A DNA stretch of 64,000 bases from the NCBI RefSeq assembly GCF_009834535.1, contig NC_045697.1, positions 4,652,001-4,716,000 of the forward strand, read 5' to 3'. A program made the position numbers and the translations under genes. Under the pieces are notes generated by a model, which saw only the letters and a list, made by a program, of their open reading frames with translations, did no database searches and was not told the DNA's origin. Numbering within the stretch: position 1 is the stretch's first letter; the number at the start of each line of letters is the position of its first letter. This document shows positions 13,401 to 25,400 of this stretch, in pieces. Source of the DNA: Camelus ferus. Taxonomy: Eukaryota.

Positions 13401-16400
13401 TTGACTTGTCTGAGTTTCCTGATTTGTAGCAATAATACCCACTTCCTAAGGTGACTTAAGAATTAAAAATGAAAACCCCTTGTAATGCAGAACTGATGTT
13501 TAGTATGTACTCAGAAATATGATTTTCTTAAAGGCAACGGGTTTCTGTTCAGATTGCTTTATATAAGGTAAAAAGCAGAGACAAGGAAATGCAGAAGTAG
13601 GTCTAGACATGTATACAGATTTAGCTAGCATGATCCTTCTACGGTAGCCTGAAGACCTTATCCACTCCTGGGGTCATGATAGAGGTATGTTATTTTAAAA
13701 CCAGATTCTCAGCCCATCAGGGAGTTTTTCCTGAATGGCTGTCAGGTACAATGGAGCTTGAGATCACGCTGTTAAAATTGCAGTTGTCATGGAAATGGCC
13801 CTGAGCTCACAGAAAAGGCCTGTAATCCATGGAGACCACCTGTATTTCTGATTCATGAAGGAGTAAAATACCACCATGTACCCTACTCATGTGTGTGGAG
13901 AACAAATGTGTGTTAATTAGATTCAGTCTCAGGCCTGTTGCCACTTCCAGGGCTACTTTCCTGGAAAGTGTAGCAAAGGGCCGCCGGCTGACAGGCTGTC
14001 CCCTGAGGCAAAACCACGGGCAAATGAGCTGGTTTCCTTTGAATCAATATGAATGTGCAGCTGCACACTGTAGGCAGCACTTGCGATGGAAATAATAGAC
14101 TTTATTTCCACCATGCAGGAGGGAGAACAGAGTTCAGGGAGGCTTAATGCTGCAAGGAGCCTGTTTGGGAGATCTTGGCAGGGAACCTGGGAGGAAAGGG
14201 GCTCCATTCATTAAAGGTAGGAACAGAGTCATGGATTTGTGAAGTGTTTGAGCTAGAAAAATTTCTCAGCAATCACCGTGGCTGTGGCTTCTGGCACAGA
14301 ATCTGAGTAGTGTATCAATGTGCTTTGATGCAATAAATGTTGCATAACAAATAACCCTGTAATTCTGTGGCTTACAACAACAAATAGTTATTTGTTGTTC
14401 ACAGGTTTGTGGGTGGCAGAGGCTCAGCACGGCTCAGCTAGATTTGTCTTCCAGCTTCTGTTCGGGTCAGGCACATTCCTCATATCTTCTCATTCGGGGA
14501 CTCAGGCTGAAGGAGGCATCATTCCTTGGGTCCTGTGGTTTTCATAACTCCCAAAAATTTGAACTGAAACCCACCTCCCTCTTAAAGCTTGTGCTCAGAC
14601 TGGTGCACTCACATTCACTCTCATTCTGTTGATCAAAGTGAGTCACATAGGCATACCCACAGTCGATGGGGTTGGGAGAGCCCTGCACCCACATTGGAGC
14701 ATGGCAAGGGTGGGAGAGCAAGAAGAGTTGTGAAACAAGTAGCATGATCTTCCACAGAGGATCTACATCAAGAATATCTGAGGTGTTTGTTAATAGCATA
14801 CGTTCCTGGCCCCATAAACTAGATCTGGCAAATGAAAATCTTTACAAAAGCACCTGGATTGGAATATTCAACAGGCAACCTCGGTGGATTTTCAGAGTTA
14901 TCTAGGCTCCCGTGCCATGTTGTGAGTTGTACATACATGAGTGATGTGTGCCTGTCTGTCCTATTGAATGTTTGAGTTGCAAGCATGAGCCCTAATATCA
15001 GTGGCTTGTAGAGTTTGAAGAACTAGTAACTTTCAGAATTTAACTTGACATTTCTCTGCCTTATGAGAAAGCAATTCCACCTGTACTCAACGCAGGGACA
15101 AGCACATTTTACCAGATGAAGCTTCCTTTATCTTTTTGAGACTCATTTTCATGTTTGCTGTTTGGAGAGGACGAGATTCTTCATCTTTTCAGGAGTAACT
15201 GGTCATTTAATTTACTCTAAGGCCAGTCCCGCTGATGAATCAAGCAGCCTCATCAGAGTCTGTGTGCACCTACAGCCACAGAGGGAGCTGCCCTCTCAGT
15301 GTGAAGATCTCTGAGATCTGTTCTTGGCACTCACTCACTCACTGACCCCAGATTCCAGTGTCTGCATTAGTGAAGCCCTGTAGGAGAGGGAACATGAGGG
15401 TATCACGTGCCCTCCCCCCATCTTCCTGGGGTGGGATAATTAGAGTATTGAACGGTTGGCACCAAGAGTTAAAAGTACTTGAAACCATCTACAGACATTG
15501 TGAAACAGAATCCATGACTATTTTTGCTCTCTAGGAACGTAAATATTACAGATATGCGGGTAAGCTGAGAAAGAAAAGCGGTGAGGAGCTCCAGAGCTGG
15601 ATGAGGTAGAATGGAGAGGGATCTTCAGTGTCCCAGGGTTTGGGGAAACCTTGCTGTCCCAGCGCCCAGTTGCGTTTCAGAACCACGGACAGCGCACCCA
15701 CTTTGCGCTGTAGTCTCCTTGTTGACTGCACGGAACGTGGAACTTTCAGAACACCGTGTCTGTGTGTAGTCTCCTTACTTCGCTGGACTGCACCCCTTCT
15801 CCATTTTTTTGGCCTCATGAACTTATCAATTTCAGAATCCAGCTCAAATGTGCCCTCCTTGATGACATAGTCACTGTCTTTCTCAGTCTCTGTAATGACA
15901 GCTTTCGTTCTCTGCTGTTTTCCAGATAGCCAAGGTTGCTAAACTAGTGATTTGGGGTAAGTGTTGGTTTGGTGAGACTACCACCTTTTTTCTTCCTTCT
16001 AAGTCTCCCCAGACCTGAATGGGCTTTCTGTTCCTCTGACTTTGCAATGGAAATACAGACTTTCTTCCCACCATGCAGGAGGGAGAAACAGAGTGCAGGG
16101 AGGCTTAATGCTTTGCTCTGGGGTAGACAGTGATGCAAAAAGTGCACAGTGATCCACACCTCCCCTGCCAGCTGAAGCTGACTGTTGTTTATTTTGCTGT
16201 TGTGTGGGTAAGAGTGTCTGAAGCTTTAACAGCTAGTTTTTGTAAGCAGTGCTCAACATGGGCTTAATATTTGTGAAGAGAGCAAAGGCATCCTGCCAAC
16301 CCCTCCCGGTTGGAGCTGGAGTGGAGATAATTGCAGGTTTGGAGAAGAGGGCCTTCCCGTCTCTGGGTTGCTCCTCTGACTCCAGGGCGTTTGGCAGTAG

Positions 16401-19400
16401 AGACACGATGACTGCCCAGCACCAAGGCTTAGGTGGGCCCCTTGTGAGGATGCCTTTCAGCCTCATCTGTATTGTACAGGCTTCGCACTAAGCAAGCTTG
16501 TATTCCCAGGCTTTCAGAGAGTTTTAAAAGCAGAAAAGAGAGGTTTCTGATGTCAGTCTATCCTTTCCTCCTTTTTTCTTTGTTTCTCACCTCCCCACTT
16601 CCTTCCTTTCTTTCTTCCCTCTTTTCCTTCATTTTTCCCCACCCTCTTAATCACTCTTTTATCTCACTCTGCTGTTCTCTCCTCACTCCTTCTGTCTTTT
16701 CAAACATTCTCTTTCTTTCTTTCCCTCTCCCCTTCCTCCTGTCTGTCACCTCTTTTCCTCCCACTCAGCAGAGATTTGCTAAAAATTGTGTGAAGTCCCT
16801 GGTTGGTCCCTGGGGATTTGGAGATGACTCACACAGATAAATCCTAGCTGTGGAGGGGCATCTAGCACAGCAGGAGATGAGCACATGAGCAATGGTGTGT
16901 GGATGTGAAGTGATGACTCTTGTGGGAGGAGGGCGTGCAAGGGGCAACAGGGGCTGGGGGAGGCATCCCAAAGTCTCCACTGGGGGGAGTCCAGTGCTAC
17001 CAGAAAGACCGACCATGTAGAGAATCTGGTATTTTGCTTTTTCACCAAACATTTTATTGTCTAGCAATATTGTTTATACTTAAAAACTCCTGGGGAATAT
17101 TTTAGTAGCTTAGGTGAGGTTATAGGACTGTAATTAACTCTGGTTTATCTCTTTGTGTAGAATTCCTTGACCCTGTTGGGGATATTTTCCTGAGGACAAA
17201 TTCCCAGTACTAAATTTCTAGGTTTAAAGTCATGAACAATTTTAAGGGTCTTGGTTCATTTTGTCAACTTGGCTGACACTTACTCCTAGTGAGAAATCCC
17301 AGCTTTGAGGAAAGCGTGAAGATTATCAGTTTCCCTTCTTCCACTTCTGCCCAGTTTTTAGGTGATGTCTCAGTTCAGAAACTGTATGTTGGAGTTACTC
17401 CTGATGTATCCCTTCCACTACCATTGTGAGCAGCCCAGACTCCCCTCTGTTCATGGCGTTAGAGTCCCCGTGAGCTGGTGCCTACGTACCTGGCCAGGTT
17501 CCCCACACCAAGGTCACCTTTCAGCTGGAGGAAACCACTTACCCAAGTATGCCAGGCTCCTCCCAACCGACGCCTTTCACCCTGCCATTCGTTCTCTCTG
17601 CATCTCTTCTCTTCTTTGCCATGTGGCTAATTCCTACTCATTCTTCAAGCTCAGAACAAGCGTGATTCCCCCGGTAGGGCTGGAGTGGAGGCCTCCTCTG
17701 AGCTCCCATCACCCCTGCACTCCTCTCTGTCCCAGCCCTTCCCACACTGGAGTGCAAAGGTCTCTTGAAGGCTCAGTCTCCACTGGCCTGAGAACCCTGA
17801 AGGACAAGAACTATTTCTTTTAGCCACATATGCTCTTTCCTTAAGCAAATATTTATTGCTTGTAGTTCCTTCTACAGAAAATGGCAAAGAATAAACAATG
17901 TGTAACGCCGTTGAGTATTCACCAGTGACAGGCTGGGGCTAAGCATTTTACATACATACCCCGGGGGTTCTCCCGGTAGCCCTATGAGGCGAGAACGATT
18001 ATCCCCATTTTGTAGATGAGGTAACTGAGGCTCCGAGAGGTGAGGTCACATGGATAACAAGCGGGCAGGGATTGGAAGCTGCACCTGTCTGACTCTGGAC
18101 GTTTTGTTCTTACACAGTATTGATCCAAGGACATGAGCCGTGCTGAGCGTAAGTCGCTTTAGGTCACTGCTGTCACTGTGGAATGAATGGGCAGTCTCTG
18201 ACATATTCTGGCTGTTTAATTTGTGTTGAATTTTTAATAGAATATTTCATTTCCTTCAAGGTATTTAGCGGTGATCTTTGTACAGAGTTTGTCATTGTTC
18301 ATCTCTGCCAACTGCCCCTTGTGGCAGTCCAGGGACAGGCAGGGGAGAGTTACTTTCTTTCAAATGTGTGACTTTCATTTTATTAAATCCTTAAAAATTA
18401 CGTACCATAAAATTCACTGTTTTCAGTGTACATCTCTTTGGGATTTTTCACTGACATTTCCTGCATGAAGAAAGGGAGCCCTAGGGAGCTAGGTTGTCAT
18501 GTTATTTCTAAATCTGATGGTGAAAATGCTTAAAAATGTGACAGAAGTGTGTTTGATGGTGCGAACACTGGACAGGAAGTTGTAAGTTAGGAAGCCTTGG
18601 GTCTGACCTTCGTCCCTATTGGTTGTGTGAATTTGGGAAGTCATCCCATCTTCAGGCCGTGTATCCACCTGAGGTCAGATCAGACCTCAATTCCACAAGA
18701 ACCGTTCATGCAAACAGGCATGGAGAGCATCGCTCTTGTAAAGCGCATTTCCTCTGATGTCGTCTGAGGAAAAGTGTCCTTGTCAAATGTTCCACAAAAT
18801 GAAAGAGTCTAAGTTTAGAAAGGATCAAACTCAGTTTTCCTCTTGAATATTCATTCACATTGCACATCAGTGGAGTAAAGGATCTGGGAATTGCTGTCAT
18901 GAGAATGATCTTTGCTTCTCTTTAACCTAGATTTTTGTAAACTCACTACACCTGGGAATTGCCTCTTAGATCAACATCTACTACAACCCCTCTGGGCTGG
19001 AGTTCTAAAGGACATGGTTTTGAAAGTGCCCATTGAAAGGGAAAACAGTGCAAATTTTAGGGAAGAGAAGGAAAAGGTCATATCAGCTCTTGCTTTCTTG
19101 TGGCTGTGTGTGTGTGTGTGTGAGAGAGAGATACGCTGGTTCCTGAGAACAGCAAGAGCTGGGACCTGTGGTAGCCGTGCACAGCATCTGCTGGTAGCTG
19201 GCGGAGGCGGGGTGCATGGATATGAACATCTGATTCCAGGAGCAGAGCAGGGCGGGGCTGATCTTCTGACGCACGGCACATTAAATACCACCTTTCGGGA
19301 TTAGCCTGGAAAGCCCTTTATCAAACGTGATGAGGTGACGGCTGCCTGCGGGAGGCCGTGTTCCAGAAACCAGGCACCAGCTGCCACTGACTCCTGTTTC

Positions 19401-22400
19401 CCTTCTTTCTGGTGCCCGGGGAAGCCTGCACACCAGCATGTCTCTCCTCCTGTGTATGCAGAGCCACGCCCCTTTCCCTGGGTCCTGGAGTATCCCAGAG
19501 GCCACGCTGAGTTCCCTCCCTGGGGATGCACAAATGGTGACTGGCTTCTATCTTGTGGATAAGAGGCAGGGTGTGGGGCCTGGAAGTGACTGGGCTTGAA
19601 GCCACCTCCTCCAGAGACCCTCCTCCTGGAGAACAGGACATGCTGGTTCCGGCTCCTCTTCCTTGGCTCATGGCTCACGGTTCTTGTCTCCTGGCAGTGA
19701 TGCCTTTTCTCTCCGTCTTCAGCCATTTATCCTTTGAGAGTCATTTCAGGCATCCATTCGTCCATCCATCCATCCATCCATCTGGCCAGGCTGTGTCCAA
19801 GGTAGTGGAGATATAGCAGTGAAGGAAACAGATGAAATCTCTACCCCCATGGCGCTGAGTCTCTTAAGGAGCTGCAGGGACAGCTCTAGGTGGCACCATC
19901 TGTCTGCATCAGCATGTATGCAGTTGGTCTGCTGTGAGTTGTGCCTGTGGGATTACGCACCGAGCTCTGATGTCAGTGGGGCAAGTCACATTTTAGGCGG
20001 ACACGTAAATATACGACAGGTTAGATGCACCGTATGAAGCACTGCGGAAACATCAGGTGGGTAAGGGGTGTGGGGTCTGCAGGTGGGGCAGCCACGGTGG
20101 GGGCTCTCAGGTGAGTAACCCTGAGCAGAGACCTGAAGCAAGTCAGAGAGTGCGCTTTGCCAAGATGGTCGGGTTCCAGATGAAGTAGCGTCTCACTGAC
20201 TTGGTGAACATCACTCTGAGGGGAATATACCAATGCAAGGAGCCACCAGATGGTTCTGAGCAGCAGGCTGCCTGCTTTGTTTCTGCTCAGCAAGCCTTTC
20301 CTGATCCTTAGTTTGGGTGAAACCCTTCTTTTCCGGGCTTCTGCAGCATCATCTGCCTTCCTCTCATGGCTGATACCACGGGACCACTGGGACCAATCTG
20401 AGGTGCATTCTAGCTCTAGAAGTTTCCTCAGAGGGTCCTGATCCAGCTGCTCAGAGCATTAGCCAGATCGGAGTGTACCCTGTGTTAGATTTCCACGCCT
20501 GCCTCCCTCTGCCCACTTCCTCACTCTGTTTCGTGGAATCACCTCCCGGAATCACTGCTGCCTCTAAATCCTTGTCTCAGGCTCCATTTTCAGGAGAACC
20601 CGTGCAGGACACCTCCTCAGAAGCGGCGGCTGTGGATCGTACCATCTGTTCACTGTCTCTCTTCCTGCCTGAGGGGTGGGGCTGAAGGGCACAGGCTGTG
20701 TTCTATCCATCACCACATCTTTCGCTAGGAGACAGTAGAAATAGTGAACATGCACATGGCAAAAAAAATTCTCAGCCTCCCAGAAATGCAAATTAACAAA
20801 TATGAATGATAACCAAGGATGCTTGGCCATCTCACGATGGAGAATTGGGGACGTACTTTTGCAAAGCAATCTGGTTATATTTCTCAAGGGCCACAAACAA
20901 GGTTTATACTGTTTGACCAGTTGTTAAACTTCTGAGAATTTAGCCTAAAAAATAGTCCAAATTAAGGGGAAAACTTTGTGCACAAAGATGTTCACTGTAG
21001 CAATATGTATCATTGTGAAACAGTGAAAAAAACAGTGGGGGAGCAGTTAGACAATTTATTGTGTATCCGTAAAGTGGACTATCTTGTAGCCATTTGAACA
21101 TGGTTATGCAGAACATGGAATAACTTGGGATAGGCTGACGGTAAAACGGTAAAAAGCAAAAAGGACACAATTGTATGGTTTTTTCGCTCCTAGAGTTTGC
21201 TGCATCCTTTGTAGCCTCTGGGCCTTGGCACACCCGTTCTTTCTGCCCAGGCACTCAGCACTCGCCTGAATTATTTTCTAGATGTGAGCTTGCCTTGCCT
21301 GACCCCCACTACGATTGGCAGCCCGTTCATTTTGCTCCCGTGGTGGACACCCTGTGCTTGTCCTCTCGTGGAATCTCTCAAGTCCCGTGATTGGTTAAAC
21401 CTCTGCCTCTCCCTGATCATCTCCAGGAAAGCACCTTTTACCCTGGTTACTCTAGGCTCCTCCCTGGGCTTGGAGCCGAGGCAACTGGCCAGTATGACGG
21501 GTGCACGGACAAGTGAATGGATACGTGCGCAAGGATGAAAATACAGGGAAATGGGAGCAAAACATGAGAACAACAATGGGAGGTTTTTCTGGAAGAGTTG
21601 CATTTAGTTTTTAGTCATTTAATTCTCGTTTAAAATGTCCCTAAATTGGGTTTGTTCTATTCAATAATACTGCTGTAAGAGAAATTCTTAGTCTACAAAT
21701 GGCCTGGTTTCTTCAACAAATGAAAGACAGTAAGGGCGGAGGGGCTAGCACTGATTTTTAACAGACTGTAGAGAATTGTGGACCAGGTGCAGTTTGGACA
21801 TTGGGTGGATCCTGATTCCAACCAGCCCACTCTAAAAGGACGTATTTGAGAGAATCAAGTAAAATTGAATGTGGTCTGACTATTAACTGACATGAAAGAA
21901 TTGATGTTAATTGGGTTTATTGGGATAATGGATTGTGATTATGTTCATCTAAAAACTCCTAACAGAGATTATAAACTGAAGTATGTATAGGTGAAATGAT
22001 GTGATATTTGGGATTTGCTTTAAAATATTTCAGCAAAAAAAAAAAAAAAAAAAAAGCCGAAGTGTCGGAGGGGGGAAGTAGGTGATATTAGAATGCTGAA
22101 GTATTGAAAGCATCTGGGTGATGGCTGTGAGGGGGCTCTTTATGCCTTATCTTCCCTTTAGAAACAATTTAAACTTTCTATGTTAAAAGTTAGAAAGAAC
22201 AAAAACATTTCCTGGCTTTTCTTTAATGACACTACTTTGCTTGGCTTTTCAGAGTGACCGGCTCCTCATCAAAGGCGGACGGATCATTAACGATGACCAG
22301 TCCTTCTATGCCGACGTCTACCTGGAAGACGGACTCATAAAGTGGGTTGACTAAACAGACCTTTTAAGAAGCCCACCCCGCTAGGCTGCCCAGCCCTTAG

Positions 22401-25400
22401 CGGGGACGGAAGGCTGGCGCTCTGCCCCAGAATGAATGGGATGGCTCCTGTGACTCCCAGGGGTGGGGAGATTTGTGGGGGCGCACACCGTGGGTGGAGA
22501 AGGGGCTTGTGTTTGCCGTGTGCCCGGTGCCCCATGCCCGCTCCCTGCCACGGTGCTCAGGCGGGCCACCCGGCCCGCAGGGGCCGTCAAGTTCACACGC
22601 TGGCCACTCTTCCGCTCTTAGAGGAGATGGTGGGCCGCTGAGGTTCACTGGCTGCTCCATGTTGCAGAATGAGTTAGGGGCAAGGACTGGATTCCAACCT
22701 AGTACGTCTGCCTGAATTCATATCTCTTTCCCCCACCTGCCCACAATTTCTGGAATTGGGTTGAGCGGGCCAGGAGAGAAAGGAGGAAGGCCTGTCCTCC
22801 AGGCCGAGCTTTGGCATTCAGTGGGACTGCAGTTGTCCATTGCCTTCTCCCCATCGGCTGCCTCTCCCGCCCTGCTGTGACATCCCAGGTGTGTTAGCTC
22901 GGGCCACCATAACACAATACCCCGGACTGTTCAGGTCATGCAACAAATTTCTCTCTCACATTTCTGGAGGCTGGAAGCCCTGGGTCAGGTGCCAGCAGGG
23001 TGGCTTCTCCTGAGGCCTCTCTTCCTGACTGGCAGACAGCCGTCTTCCTGCTGTGTCTTTGCGTGGCCTTTCCTCTGTGTGTGTGTGAAAGCTCTGCTTT
23101 TTCTTCCTCTCATAAGGACATCAGCCCTCTTGGATTAGGACCCTCACCCCCACGGCCTCATTTTAACTTAATTATCTCTTTAGAGGTCTTGTCTCCAAAC
23201 ACAGTCACATTCTGAGATGTGGGAGTTTGAGTTTCAATATGTGGATCTGAGGGACAGAATTCAGTTGGTAACACAAGACAGCGGTTTTTACGTGGCTTCC
23301 ACGTGCCGCCGTCTGCCGCCCGGCCTCTCTCCCCGCAGCCGGGCGGAGTGGACTGGGAGGGTGTCTCGGGATCCGGCTTGGCAACTGGAACTAGAAGGAA
23401 GGGCAAAGAGGGCGTGAGCGAGGCCAAGTTCAAACAGGAATGGGGTCTATTGGTGGGACTGTCTGGGGCCACGTGTGCGCTGATGATGGTGATGATTAAG
23501 GTGAGGAGGAGGAGAGGGAGGAGGGGGAGGAGGAGGAGGAGGAGGAAGAGGAGGTAGAGGAGGAAGAGGGGCTGTGGATTGTCCTGCGCATTAAGAGACC
23601 ATCTGCGCAGAGAGCCCTGTGAGGGGAGGGTACCCAGGGCAGCATGGAGCCCTTCCCTGCCTCCCTCTGCCTGTCTCCCCACCCCCAGTCCCAGGTCTGA
23701 CCACTTTGAGTCCAGCTCAGACCTCACCTTCTCCGTTCATCCCCTCCCCTCCCCCAGCTCCTTCTCTCCAGCTGCACTGAAAACTGGCACCAGGCAGCTC
23801 TCACCTGGGAACCTTGCACCAGAGATCCTCCCCCGAAATGCCTTGCCCTTCCCCCTACTCTCCTTTCGTCCCTCTGCCCTGCAACTCCTATTTATCCTGT
23901 GGACCCAACTTGTGTGGCTCCTCCTCCAGGAAGCCTTCTGGAGCCCCAGTTGCCCCCCTCCCTTGTGCTGACCCCTTGCCGTGTGCCACTGTTGGTCACA
24001 GCACTCCTCAGGCTCCTGACCAGGGGTCTTGCTTTATTGCCACCCAGCCTGGGACCTGGCGCAGTGCCAGGGGTGGGGTATAGGACCCCAGGTGTTGATG
24101 AAGTGAGTGTAACAGACAAACTTTGACACATCAGATGGTGGGGACCTCAGTCTCAGCCACGGCACAGCCTGGAACCAGAAAGCGGATAAAGGCAGATGAT
24201 CGGCTGGGGGTAAGATGCATCCAGAAGTGAGGGTTCGAAGTCACCACTGCTTAGATGAGGCACAGGTGGTCTGGGCTGAGCGTTCTGGGGTCCTGGGTGA
24301 GTTGACGCTGAGAACCCTTTCACGGGACCACCATTCCCACCAGCCACACGTGCCTGGAGGTTAGAAGGCTTGCAATCCAGGACATGTGCAGATGGAACAA
24401 GTCCTCATCAGTTGGGCTGCATTTATTAAGTGCTTGCTGTACGTGTGAACACCTGGAGCCTTAGGGCTCACCATCCAGGGTGTTCAGGAAATACGCAGTT
24501 TCCGTAAGTCGAGTATTTGTCAGCTCCTCCTGGTGGGAGATGCCTCTAATCTTAACCCTGTTGCTGAAAATCTTTCTAAGCCCTCGTGTTGTCGCTTTCC
24601 CCTCCTGTTAAGCAGAGAGTGTGACTGAATGCCTCGCAGGATCGTTGGATAATCCCGGGGGGCACAATCCCAACTCGCGAGAAGTAGGTGTGGAAGGAGG
24701 GAGAGCCCGAGGGACCACCGGGCGTGAGGAGGCTGGGTTACCTCCCTTCACTTTGATTAAACCCCCAGAATCCTCTCATTTTGAGGCCATTTGTCAAGTT
24801 CTCCTAAAAGCTGTTGAGCTGTGTTTGTGCAGAATCTATTGTGAGCCACTGAGGGTTCCATCCAGTTTGGATAGTCAAGTGCTGACGGCGGAGGGCCGTT
24901 TTTCTGAATGGTGGTGAGGGCGGTGCTGGGGTCGGGCAGGTGCTTGGCTGACCCTCTGAGCTCCTCTTGTCTCCTCGCCTTCCACGCGCACTCAGCTGAG
25001 AACTGTTCGGGGAGTCTTCCTCCTGATTCTTCGGGGGTTCACTGGGGGATCCAGTTTGGGGAGAATCTGCTGCTTCTGCAGAAGGGAAGCAGGGAGGCAG
25101 TTGAGCTTGGTGGGCAGAATCTGATATCAGACTTGGGGAGACGGGGCTTGAACCCAGACCCAACACTGACTCGCTGTGCAGCCTCGGACAAGTCACCACA
25201 CCGCTCTGAGTTCCGATTTCCTCTTTTGCAAAATGTGAATACTTCCTCTCTCACGGGTTGTTGGCAAGAGATTAGAGGAGGAGGGTAAAGAGAGACAACG
25301 ATCTGCCTGCTAAGAATGGCCCCGACAATAGAACTCATCCCCGCAGCACAGCGACCGAGTCATAGATCCGGATCAGACTGGCGGTGACTCCACTGATTCC

